From positions 1-62,458 of IMG/VR virus record IMGVR_UViG_3300035212_001239: a stretch of DNA of 62,458 bases; one strand, given 5' to 3'. This DNA is from a virus (Duplodnaviria > Caudoviricetes). The translations under genes were made by a program, and so were the position numbers. The notes beneath the pieces are model-generated. The model did no database searches, was not told where the DNA came from, and worked only from the letters and a program-made list of their open reading frames with translations. Positions 18,342 to 26,071 of the stretch are shown one piece after another. Each line of letters starts with the position of its first letter. Within the stretch, counting starts at the first letter, position 1.

Positions 18342-18623
18342 TCAGGTGGTGGTTGGAGACTTGGCAGACTGCTCGGACTTCATCACGGCGCGACCCTTCG
18401 TGGTGAAAAGGAAGAACGCATCCCGGACAAGCTGGAGAGCCAGCAAGGTCGGGCCGCAGTTGTCGCGGTTCTCCGGCGTGACGTGATCCAACTGGATCTG
18501 CGCCAAAACCAGGTCGATCTCCGGGGCGACGGCGTCGAGCTTCTTGCAGAGGCTCGTATCACCAACGAGTTGTGAAACCCCAGCGGTGATGGGGAGTGCC
18601 GGTCGGCGTGTTAATTGCATCAT
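18342..18623 (-). CDS. Hypothetical protein
   Basis: 93 aa; tiles the gap between portal and scaffold. Confidence 0.6.
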   Translation of the reverse strand: MMQLTRRPALPITAGVSQLVGDTSLCKKLDAVAPEIDLVLAQIQLDHVTPENRDNCGPTLLALQLVRDAFFLFTTKGRAVMKSEQSAKSPTTT

Positions 18624-20911
18624 TGTTGCGCTGATTGTCCAGAGACAGCCTGCGTTTCGATCCGCTTGTTGTCAAGCTGGAGCCTCTGGGACTCCCCGAC
18701 CTCGCGGGCGTATTGACTGCGCTGCGAGAGCTTATTGCGCGCCTCACGGCTCGCCCAGAGACGCTGGGTGTCCTCGATCTTGAGCCCCAGGGCCTGCGCC
18801 TTGAGCTGGAGATCCGCGGTCTTGAGTTCGATCTCGGCCTGCTCCCGAGCCGTGAGCTGGCCTTGCTCGGAACCCAACCGCTCCTCGACCTCCTGCACGA
18901 CCGACTGCGCGGACGCCACGATGTTCTGGTAATCCTTGAGGAACGACTTGGCCTCCGGGTTGGTCAGCGGGTTGCTCATCAGAACCTGAAGATGCTCGCC
19001 GGTGTGCTCGGCCAGACCGGCAAACTGGAGCACGTCGAGCTTGTCCCACGGCCGCATCTGGGCCATCGCGACCATCGCCTGCATGTCCACCAAATGGACC
19101 GGGATGTGATCCTGGTGGATGTCGTCGGGCGCGATCGGGATCGTCTGACCGAGGGCGGCACGGCGCTCGATCGTGGAATACTCGTTTTCGGCGGTGATCT
19201 TCTGGGCGTTTAGGATCGCCTGCGGCACCTTGACTAGATACTCGGCAAGGTCCGGGTCTTGAGTCCGCAGCGCGGTGGCCTGCTGAACCACCAATGGCCG
19301 GGTGGCCGGGGCGTAGTTCATGATGTTGTTCATGAGCCAATCCGCCGTCTCGACCCGCTGCTGGGAATCGCCGTTCCCGATCACCCGTTTGGCCCGGACC
19401 CGGATGTATTGGAACCGGTTGTGCTCGCGTTTCGCGAGTTCCTTGTAGGGGATGTCGTAGCGATCGAGGTAAGCACGGACCCACATCGTCTCGTGATAGC
19501 CTTCGGTGCCGGGCTTCACATCGCCCGCCAGCAGCCGCCAAACCAGCGTCTCCAAGATGGACTCCATGTGGTTGTAGCTCTCTGCCAGCCGGTTCCCGAT
19601 AAGCTGCGAGGAGTTTTCCTGCCGCTCAAGAGCCTGCTGCCTCAGCTCGCCACCGCGGCCGGAGTTCGCCACCGAAGACGATGCGAGGCCAGCAGCGTTC
19701 TGCCGAAGCAGCGAAAACGGGGTCATCAAACCTTGGGAGTTGCCCTTGAACTCCATCTCGGACACGCCTGCGGGGGCATACATGTCCTCGACGATGTTCC
19801 ACCGGGCCACGTCGTCCGGGTTCGCATCCCCGAGCTGGATCTTTGGCTTGGCCCGGATCTTGTCGCCTTCGAGGGTGAGATTGATGAGGTCCTCCAGCTC
19901 CAGTGCCGACGGGTAGATCAGCTCCGCGATGCCCCGGCAGGTGTCGAGGGTCTTCACGCCGCCGATCTCGGAGTCCACGAAGACCATGTGGAGCCAGTCG
20001 GTTGCGCTCGGGTAGGCTTTCTCGACGTAGTCGATGATTCTGGCCGACGCCCTGCGCTGGTTGTCCTCGCGGTCACCTCGCTCGGTGGTTGCGGTGCCGT
20101 CGATGCCATCGGTGAAAAGGGTGCGGCTGACATACTGGTTGCCGGACGGATCGTATTTGACCTCGAAGTAGTCCCATGCGGAGACCGTGGTGGACCGCTC
20201 GGACTTGCCGTCGCGGACAGCCTCGGTCACCTCGAAACCGTGGGAGCTACCCTGATCCTTGCGATTGTCGCGGACCTGCTCCTCCAGAATCTCGATGAGG
20301 TGCTCGACGTTTTCCCGGACGATGTAGCGGCTCTGGCCCTCGCCGATCGCCGCCAGCATGTGCTTCAGATCGTGGATTGAAAGCTCCTTCGGGTCGAAGG
20401 CGTAGGAAACCTGCTCGGCGTCGAGCGGGGTTGCCTTCGGGAAAAACATGTCGGCACGGATTTCGGGAAGCCAGCCGTAACGAGGATTGTTGGTCACCGG
20501 CGTCCCCCCGGCGATCGTGATCTCGCCACCGACTTTCCGCCAGAGATTCGCGAACTTGCCCTTGAAGTGGATGGCACCGCGGTTGATCGCCTCCGAGATG
20601 CGGATGCTGGTCTGGTAGTCCTTCTCGGCGTTGTCGGTGTCCACGATGACCTCGACGAGAGCATTGGTCGTGGTCACCATCGATGTGATCTGCGACTCAA
20701 TCTGGAGCATGTCGCGGTGGGACAAACCGAAGTTGGTGATCTCCGTGCGGCCAAGCTTTTCGGCCTCCTCGTCGGTCATCAACCGCTGCATGTTCGTGAA
20801 CTTGCGGATGATGTCGAGCCGCTCGCGCCGGGTCTTCACGCCATCCCACGCATCGTCCTTGGCGCGGACTAGATCGTCCGCCGTCTCGAAGTATTCAGAT
20901 TTGAATTTCAT
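18620..20911 (-). CDS. Portal protein
   Basis: 763 aa, downstream of TerL, helical with a Gln-rich C-terminal barrel-like extension (DDIHQDHIPVH). Confidence 0.75.
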   Translation of the reverse strand: MKFKSEYFETADDLVRAKDDAWDGVKTRRERLDIIRKFTNMQRLMTDEEAEKLGRTEITNFGLSHRDMLQIESQITSMVTTTNALVEVIVDTDNAEKDYQTSIRISEAINRGAIHFKGKFANLWRKVGGEITIAGGTPVTNNPRYGWLPEIRADMFFPKATPLDAEQVSYAFDPKELSIHDLKHMLAAIGEGQSRYIVRENVEHLIEILEEQVRDNRKDQGSSHGFEVTEAVRDGKSERSTTVSAWDYFEVKYDPSGNQYVSRTLFTDGIDGTATTERGDREDNQRRASARIIDYVEKAYPSATDWLHMVFVDSEIGGVKTLDTCRGIAELIYPSALELEDLINLTLEGDKIRAKPKIQLGDANPDDVARWNIVEDMYAPAGVSEMEFKGNSQGLMTPFSLLRQNAAGLASSSVANSGRGGELRQQALERQENSSQLIGNRLAESYNHMESILETLVWRLLAGDVKPGTEGYHETMWVRAYLDRYDIPYKELAKREHNRFQYIRVRAKRVIGNGDSQQRVETADWLMNNIMNYAPATRPLVVQQATALRTQDPDLAEYLVKVPQAILNAQKITAENEYSTIERRAALGQTIPIAPDDIHQDHIPVHLVDMQAMVAMAQMRPWDKLDVLQFAGLAEHTGEHLQVLMSNPLTNPEAKSFLKDYQNIVASAQSVVQEVEERLGSEQGQLTAREQAEIELKTADLQLKAQALGLKIEDTQRLWASREARNKLSQRSQYAREVGESQRLQLDNKRIETQAVSGQSAQQ

Positions 20912-21642
20912 GTCCAGTGGTTCGCGGTGGCAGCTTGTTCAAAGGTCAGTTCCGGCACGCCCTTTCGGGTGTTCGCCCCATTCATCACCCGCCACAGCCA
21001 ATCACGGGCTTCAGCCTGGGTGTAGCGGGGGCGGTTGCGTAGATCCGCAAGAGCGGCTCCGAAGTGGATGAAGCACTCCGCGCAGCCGGTCGAGGGGTTG
21101 AGATTCGGGTCGAGCCACTTCCGCAGCTCGGTGGCGAGCATGAGCAGGGTGCCGAACTCGTAGGTGTCCAGCGCCAGATACATCTGGAGCATCCCCCAGC
21201 CCTTGCGTCCCCAGACGGCAGGGCCGATCTGCTGGCGGGCGCGGGTGGGCGCGTGCTCGGGAGGAACGGCAGAGCCGGATGCGGCGGTCATCAGGTCGCT
21301 CAGGCGAACCACCTGATACTTCTCGGTGGCCCTGTTGAGCCACTGGATGTTCAGATTGAGCCACAGGTCCAGATCCGAGAACACCAGTCCGTTGAGCTGA
21401 AGCAGCCGAGCCGCTTCGTCGTGGACCGCTTGCCCGCTCGGGCCGTCGGCTTCGATGTGCTGGCCATTGACCAGCAGCGAGACCCGCCAGCCGCCGGTTG
21501 GCTTCCGCCCCGATGGGACGAGAGTTTTGCTGATCTGGTAGCGCACGCCATCGCGCCCGACGACGCTCGCCGCGGTCGCGCTGTAGACCATCGCGGCTGC
21601 TGGAGCCGCTGTCGCAGATTTGTTGCAGGTGTCGCAAGCCAT
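20908..21642 (-). CDS. ERV/ALR-like sulfhydryl oxidase domain protein
   Basis: C-terminal PAVWGRKGWGMLQ...GCAECFIHF...DWLWRVMNGANTRKGVPELTFEQA follows the Erv1/Alr pattern (WG..W..LH, CxxC..HF, W...HN.VN..LGK); extra N-terminal CDTC. Confidence 0.6.
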   Translation of the reverse strand: MACDTCNKSATAAPAAAMVYSATAASVVGRDGVRYQISKTLVPSGRKPTGGWRVSLLVNGQHIEADGPSGQAVHDEAARLLQLNGLVFSDLDLWLNLNIQWLNRATEKYQVVRLSDLMTAASGSAVPPEHAPTRARQQIGPAVWGRKGWGMLQMYLALDTYEFGTLLMLATELRKWLDPNLNPSTGCAECFIHFGAALADLRNRPRYTQAEARDWLWRVMNGANTRKGVPELTFEQAATANHWT

Positions 21643-21643
21643 G

Positions 21644-23698
21644 TCAGACGCGCTTCACTATCCTTTTTTTGCCCAGACCGCGAGACGTAATTTCGTCCCA
21701 CACGCTCCGGCCTCCGTTGGCCGACTTCTGGCCAACGACGCTCTGCCGGAACCCGCGCTTCAGGGCGACGCCGGTCAACCCCATGAGAACGTCCCGGTGG
21801 TCCGGCGAGACCTGCTGCCAGCGGGCCTTGTATTCGCGCTTGCCCTCCGCGACATACTTGCGGTTGACCGTCTGGTAGAGGGTCCGGGAGAGCTGCGTGG
21901 TGGCTGTTTCGATGAAGCTGCCGCCGCGGACCTGCCGGGTGAGGAACAGGTCGGCGGAAAGGAACGCCAGCTCGGTGCAGCGGTTCTTGCAGCACTCGTC
22001 GGAGGTCTTCTTGATGTTCTGGATCATGTGCCCCTCCGGCCCTTGGTTGTAGTCGAAGGCGAGGCAGTTGAACCCCATGATCTTGTTGATCGAGCTGACG
22101 ATGTCCGGCCGCATCGAGAAGTCGTAGCCGAAGTTGGCGAACGGGACATTGTTGGCAAGGCACAGCTCCCGGCACTGGATGGCGATCTGGTCCTCGTAAC
22201 TGATCTCCGCGCCCGCGGTGTAGTCCGAGATGTCCATGCCGCAGGCTTTCATGCGATCCGGCCAATAGTTGTCGTCCCCAGGGAACCATGCCCCTTTGAC
22301 CAGCTTCAGGGACCGGAAGTGCTCCTTGAACACGAAAAGCTCCTGAAGCTCCTGCTTGCCCTCGCCGTCGGTGACGTAGGCTTGCCCGATCTCGGCCCAG
22401 CCGAAGACCGCCTTGTCCCGGCCGCCGAACGCCGGGTCGCAGAATGCCACGCGACCGGTGACCCGGACCATGCTGAAAAACGTGTCCTTGTGCCGGGAGG
22501 CACTCAGCTTGGCGCGGGACAGCACGGAGTTCGTCTCGTCGCCGCGGACGGGGAAGGATCGGACCTGCGAGTAGTAGTCCGGCGATTGCACGCCGTAGTC
22601 GTCGCGCATCCGCTGAAGGTTCTCCATTTTGAAGAGCTTCGGGTAGATGGTCCGATTAGCCAGCACGTTCGGGCTCCGATGGCCGTCGAAACGCAGCGTG
22701 ATTGAGGACTTGGAGCTGTGCCACCACACGTCGAACTCGATGTCGAGGTCGTCGAACGATGACGGGCCGCCGAACAGCCCGACCGGCTGGGTGAGTCGCC
22801 CGCCCATGTCCTCCTCGTCCTTGAAGTTCTGTGAGGTGATGGCGAAGAACTGGTCCTGCGAGACCAGGTTGTTGAGCATGGTCTCGAACGAAGGGTTCTC
22901 GATTTCGTTGACCTCGTCCACGAGCAGGAGCATGACCCCGCGGGTCACGTCCTTGCCGCGGCCTTTGGACCCCTTGAACTTGCCGACGTGCTTGACGTTT
23001 CGCAGGACGATCGTCCCGGCTTTCGGGAGACCCGGCACGAGGTCGAGCTGCCGGTTGGCATATTTCTTTCCCCAGGGGAACAGCCACGTCGCGTCCTCGT
23101 AGCCCTTGCCGGTGTCGTTCGAGTGGTGCTCGCAGAGCTGATCCCACAGCTCCTCCACGTCGCCCCAGACCGTCGAATCGGCGGCGTTGTCGAACGGGTT
23201 GGCAACGAAGACCGCCGAGTATTCGGGGTCGATGATCATGATCGCGAACGCGATGCGGATCGCGCCTGCCGACTTGCCCGAGTTCTGGCTGCCGATCAGG
23301 TGCTCCAGCTTCTTGTTCCCGCCGCCGATGCCCATGCAAAACAGCATCACGGCGTCGGCCAAGGACGGCGTGATGTCGGTGTCCGGGAAAGACAGTTTGA
23401 TAAGCGAGAGCATGTGCCGGAAGTAGGGCTTGCCCCACTTGCTCGACCCACCCCAGTTCGGCCGCTTGGCGTCGAACAGGATCTTCTTCTCGATGCCGAT
23501 TCGGTGCTTCGCCAGCTCCTGCGGCGTCGCATCGATGGGCTCCGGCCCGCCGTATTCCGGCTCGTCGTAGTAGTCGTGGAAATCCAGCAGACGCATCGTG
23601 ATGGCGTCCGCGTCCAACAAAGGGTCGGACCAGTTCAAAAGGTCGTGATTGAGCACGACCCCGGCGAACGGGTCCGACCTTGGAGCTGCTTCGATCAC
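21644..23698 (-). CDS. terL: Terminase large subunit
   Basis: Walker A GSQNSGKS, Walker B LLLVDE, RNase H-like nuclease motifs FCDPAFGGRD and SPDHRD. Confidence 0.88.
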   Translation of the reverse strand: MIEAAPRSDPFAGVVLNHDLLNWSDPLLDADAITMRLLDFHDYYDEPEYGGPEPIDATPQELAKHRIGIEKKILFDAKRPNWGGSSKWGKPYFRHMLSLIKLSFPDTDITPSLADAVMLFCMGIGGGNKKLEHLIGSQNSGKSAGAIRIAFAIMIIDPEYSAVFVANPFDNAADSTVWGDVEELWDQLCEHHSNDTGKGYEDATWLFPWGKKYANRQLDLVPGLPKAGTIVLRNVKHVGKFKGSKGRGKDVTRGVMLLLVDEVNEIENPSFETMLNNLVSQDQFFAITSQNFKDEEDMGGRLTQPVGLFGGPSSFDDLDIEFDVWWHSSKSSITLRFDGHRSPNVLANRTIYPKLFKMENLQRMRDDYGVQSPDYYSQVRSFPVRGDETNSVLSRAKLSASRHKDTFFSMVRVTGRVAFCDPAFGGRDKAVFGWAEIGQAYVTDGEGKQELQELFVFKEHFRSLKLVKGAWFPGDDNYWPDRMKACGMDISDYTAGAEISYEDQIAIQCRELCLANNVPFANFGYDFSMRPDIVSSINKIMGFNCLAFDYNQGPEGHMIQNIKKTSDECCKNRCTELAFLSADLFLTRQVRGGSFIETATTQLSRTLYQTVNRKYVAEGKREYKARWQQVSPDHRDVLMGLTGVALKRGFRQSVVGQKSANGGRSVWDEITSRGLGKKRIVKRV

Positions 23699-24186
23699 GC
23701 CTTGGCGAGTTCAGCCATCTCGATGAGCTTGGAGTTTTGGACGCCGTGCGGCGAGTCCGTCGGATGCTTGGCCAGATCAATTAGGTCCACCGTGACGGTT
23801 TTTCCTTTGACGATGAGGGTAACCAGATCCTTCGGACGGGGTTCTTCGAGAACCACGGTGCCGTTCTTGGAAGCGATCACTTCCAGCGCGGCGACAGTGC
23901 CGTCCGGGCGGCGGAGGCGGTAGGTGGCCGCAGACGGCGCAGCAGCGGCAGGCGGAGCGGCTTTTGCGGCCTTTTTGGCGGCCTTCTTAGCCGGTGCGAC
24001 GGACTCAGGCTCCGAGTCGCCGTAGATGTCCGGCCAGCGGGCCTTCAGCGCCTCGACGTAGGCGTCCACTTCCTCGACATCGTCGGGGTCCGCGCCGATC
24101 TGCTTGGCAACGTCGATCTGTTCGGGCGATCCGCCTTTGACGAGGTAATCGTGCAAGGCGACCAATTTGTCTTCTTCGATTTTCAT
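23695..24186 (-). CDS. Hypothetical protein
   Basis: 163 aa with an AKKAAKK linker; coupled to TerL. Confidence 0.7.
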   Translation of the reverse strand: MKIEEDKLVALHDYLVKGGSPEQIDVAKQIGADPDDVEEVDAYVEALKARWPDIYGDSEPESVAPAKKAAKKAAKAAPPAAAAPSAATYRLRRPDGTVAALEVIASKNGTVVLEEPRPKDLVTLIVKGKTVTVDLIDLAKHPTDSPHGVQNSKLIEMAELAKA

Positions 24187-24307
24187 GGTGTGGTTTGAGG
24201 TTTGCTGGCTCCGGGTTGCAATTCAACCATGGGACGGCGCACCCGACCCTGTCAGGCTTTACTACCTGCCCTGTAACTCCCCCGGAGCCAACGCAGGCAC
24301 TCTGCCC

Positions 24308-24859
24308 TCAGGCGATCGGTCCTTCAAGGAGGATATACGGGAATGTCTTTTGCCCCGCCGCCTTCAGCTCCTTGGTCAGCAGCGCGTGGAAGGCGTCCCA
24401 CTGCGCAGGAGGCACCGTCTGGCAGCCTTTGCTCGACGTGGTAGTCCTGCCGCCGCGGTGGATGTTGATCGCCACTCCCGGCCACGGCACGGCGACGCCG
24501 TCACGAGTGACCGGCAGCTCCTCGTTCTTGGTGGCGGGCCGGAACGCCGGGTAGCCTCCGTCGGGACGGGAGATGCCGTGGTTGCCGGGGCGGTAGAGGT
24601 GGACGCCTGGGACGAGAGTCGCGACGCCCTCGCGGAAGACGGAAGGATCGGTGTTGCCGTTGAACGCGGCGAAGGTCTCGGGGCCGACGATGAAAAGGGC
24701 GTCGTCGTAAAGTCCCCTCCCTTTACCGCCCGGGTCGAACGAGTCCGTGTAGTAGTTGCGGACGCCGACGAGATAGACGGCCGGAAGCTCTTTCGCGGTT
24801 TTCTTCGCGAGGCGTTCGATCAAAGCGCGGGTGGCGCGTGGGCGGGATGCAGGGATCAT
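24308..24859 (-). CDS. Putative endolysin (YkuD / L,D-transpeptidase-like Cys peptidase)
   Basis: LVGVRNYY..YDDALF..NTDPS..INIHRGG..TSSKGCQT (His/Cys dyad motif); next to membrane-protein genes. Confidence 0.6.
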   Translation of the reverse strand: MIPASRPRATRALIERLAKKTAKELPAVYLVGVRNYYTDSFDPGGKGRGLYDDALFIVGPETFAAFNGNTDPSVFREGVATLVPGVHLYRPGNHGISRPDGGYPAFRPATKNEELPVTRDGVAVPWPGVAINIHRGGRTTTSSKGCQTVPPAQWDAFHALLTKELKAAGQKTFPYILLEGPIA

Positions 24860-24912
24860 GGGGTGATGGAAAAGGAGCGTGGCCGCTTTCGCAGCCACGC
24901 TCCCCGGTTGGC

Positions 24913-25017
24913 TCACTTTTTCTTGGCCATCTTCATAGCCATCTTCGTGGCCATCTTCTTGGCGACCTTTTTGGTGGCCATCTTTTTGCCGTATCCGGCC
25001 ATCTTGCTATTTTTCAT
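24913..25017 (-). CDS. Tiny Lys/Met-rich basic peptide
   Basis: MKNSKMAGYGKKMATKKVAKKMATKMAMKMAKKK (34 aa) fills the intergenic gap. Confidence 0.55.
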   Translation of the reverse strand: MKNSKMAGYGKKMATKKVAKKMATKMAMKMAKKK

Positions 25018-25031
25018 GAGGAAAGGAGTTC

Positions 25032-25292
25032 TCACCATTTCACCGTCGAGGACCACCATGCCGCGGACATCTTTCCCTTGGCGATGTTCCCGGCGTGGCG
25101 GGCCTTGAACGCCTTGTTCCGCTTGCTCCCGTCGGGTGAGCCGCTGACGCCCTGCTGGCCGAAGCGGATCGTTTTCACCTGGTCGCCGGACTTGGCCACG
25201 ACGACGTGGCTTTTGGTCGGGTGGCTCGGGGTCTTCTTCGGCTTGTTGTAGCCGGAAACACCTGCGCGGGTGAGTCGGGAATCCTTTTTCAC
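25032..25292 (-). CDS. Conserved small basic phage protein (DUF5754-like)
   Basis: PTKSHVVVAK..KTIRFGQQG..FKARH..KMSAAWWS..KW pattern. Confidence 0.7.
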   Translation of the reverse strand: MKKDSRLTRAGVSGYNKPKKTPSHPTKSHVVVAKSGDQVKTIRFGQQGVSGSPDGSKRNKAFKARHAGNIAKGKMSAAWWSSTVKW

Positions 25293-25295
25293 GGA

Positions 25296-25454
25296 CTACT
25301 TCTGATTGAGGAGTTCGATTGCCTTGGTGGCTTGTGCAGCATCGATGTTGAACGACTTCGCGCCGTCCGGGGAGATGGACAGCGAGCAGCTCGAAAACGC
25401 GAGGACAAGCCAGCCGACAAAGCCGATCCATGTCAGGGTGAGGGTCAGTTTCAT
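25296..25454 (-). CDS. Small lipoprotein (possible o-spanin)
   Basis: Not in the ORF track; MKLTLTLTWIGFVGWLVLAFSS-C lipobox, 52 aa. Confidence 0.6.
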   Translation of the reverse strand: MKLTLTLTWIGFVGWLVLAFSSCSLSISPDGAKSFNIDAAQATKAIELLNQK

Positions 25455-25474
25455 GATGTTGGTGTGTTTGGGGA

Positions 25475-25780
25475 TTACTTCGGGGATTCAATGAAAGCCC
25501 TTCGATGGGCTTCGTCGATGGTGTCTTGCATACTCCTGAGCTGCGACGTGAAGGCGTCCATTGCTTGGATGTTGGCTTGGTAGGCAGCTAGGAGAAGCTG
25601 CTGGTCTTCACGCTGGTGGGTGTAGACGACCGATGTGGCCCATCCGCAGACCACAGCAATGACGGCCCAAGGGCCGAGCTTGATCGTGATCCATGCGAAG
25701 ATTCCGGGCCATGATTTCGGGAGATCTACATAGTTGGGGCTGTCACGCTGGGCGGCGTCGTAGAGGTCGTCTTTGCTCAC
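25475..25780 (-). CDS. Membrane protein with coiled coil (holin or i-spanin-like)
   Basis: GTG start overlapping the upstream stop; one TM segment followed by a coiled coil. Confidence 0.55.
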   Translation of the reverse strand: MSKDDLYDAAQRDSPNYVDLPKSWPGIFAWITIKLGPWAVIAVVCGWATSVVYTHQREDQQLLLAAYQANIQAMDAFTSQLRSMQDTIDEAHRRAFIESPK

Positions 25781-25995
25781 GGTTTCGGTTGATTGCGGGT
25801 GAAGTAGATCACGATCCCGCCAGCAATGGCGGCGATGGCCGATCCCCATGCGGAAATCAAAAGCTCGGGCTGGAACATCGTGGTGGCGCTGGTATCGGTG
25901 GCGTCGGCAAGTTCGGCAATGGTCAGGTTCCATGCAGGACCAATGGACGCGCTGATGACCAGCAGGATGGCGAGGATGACGGCGTTGTCTTTCAT
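25777..25995 (-). CDS. Putative holin
   Basis: 72 aa with two hydrophobic segments, within the lysis cluster. Confidence 0.5.
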   Translation of the reverse strand: MKDNAVILAILLVISASIGPAWNLTIAELADATDTSATTMFQPELLISAWGSAIAAIAGGIVIYFTRNQPKP

Positions 25996-26006
25996 GGCAG
26001 GGTGGG

Positions 26007-26069
26007 TCAGAATACTATCGTCCAGAGGACGTAGGCGGCGAGGAAGGCGTAGGTGAGGAGTGATTTCAT
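26007..26069 (-). CDS. Possible 20-aa hydrophobic peptide
   Basis: MKSLLTYAFLAAYVLWTIVF exactly fills the gap. Confidence 0.3.
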   Translation of the reverse strand: MKSLLTYAFLAAYVLWTIVF

Positions 26070-26071
26070 AA

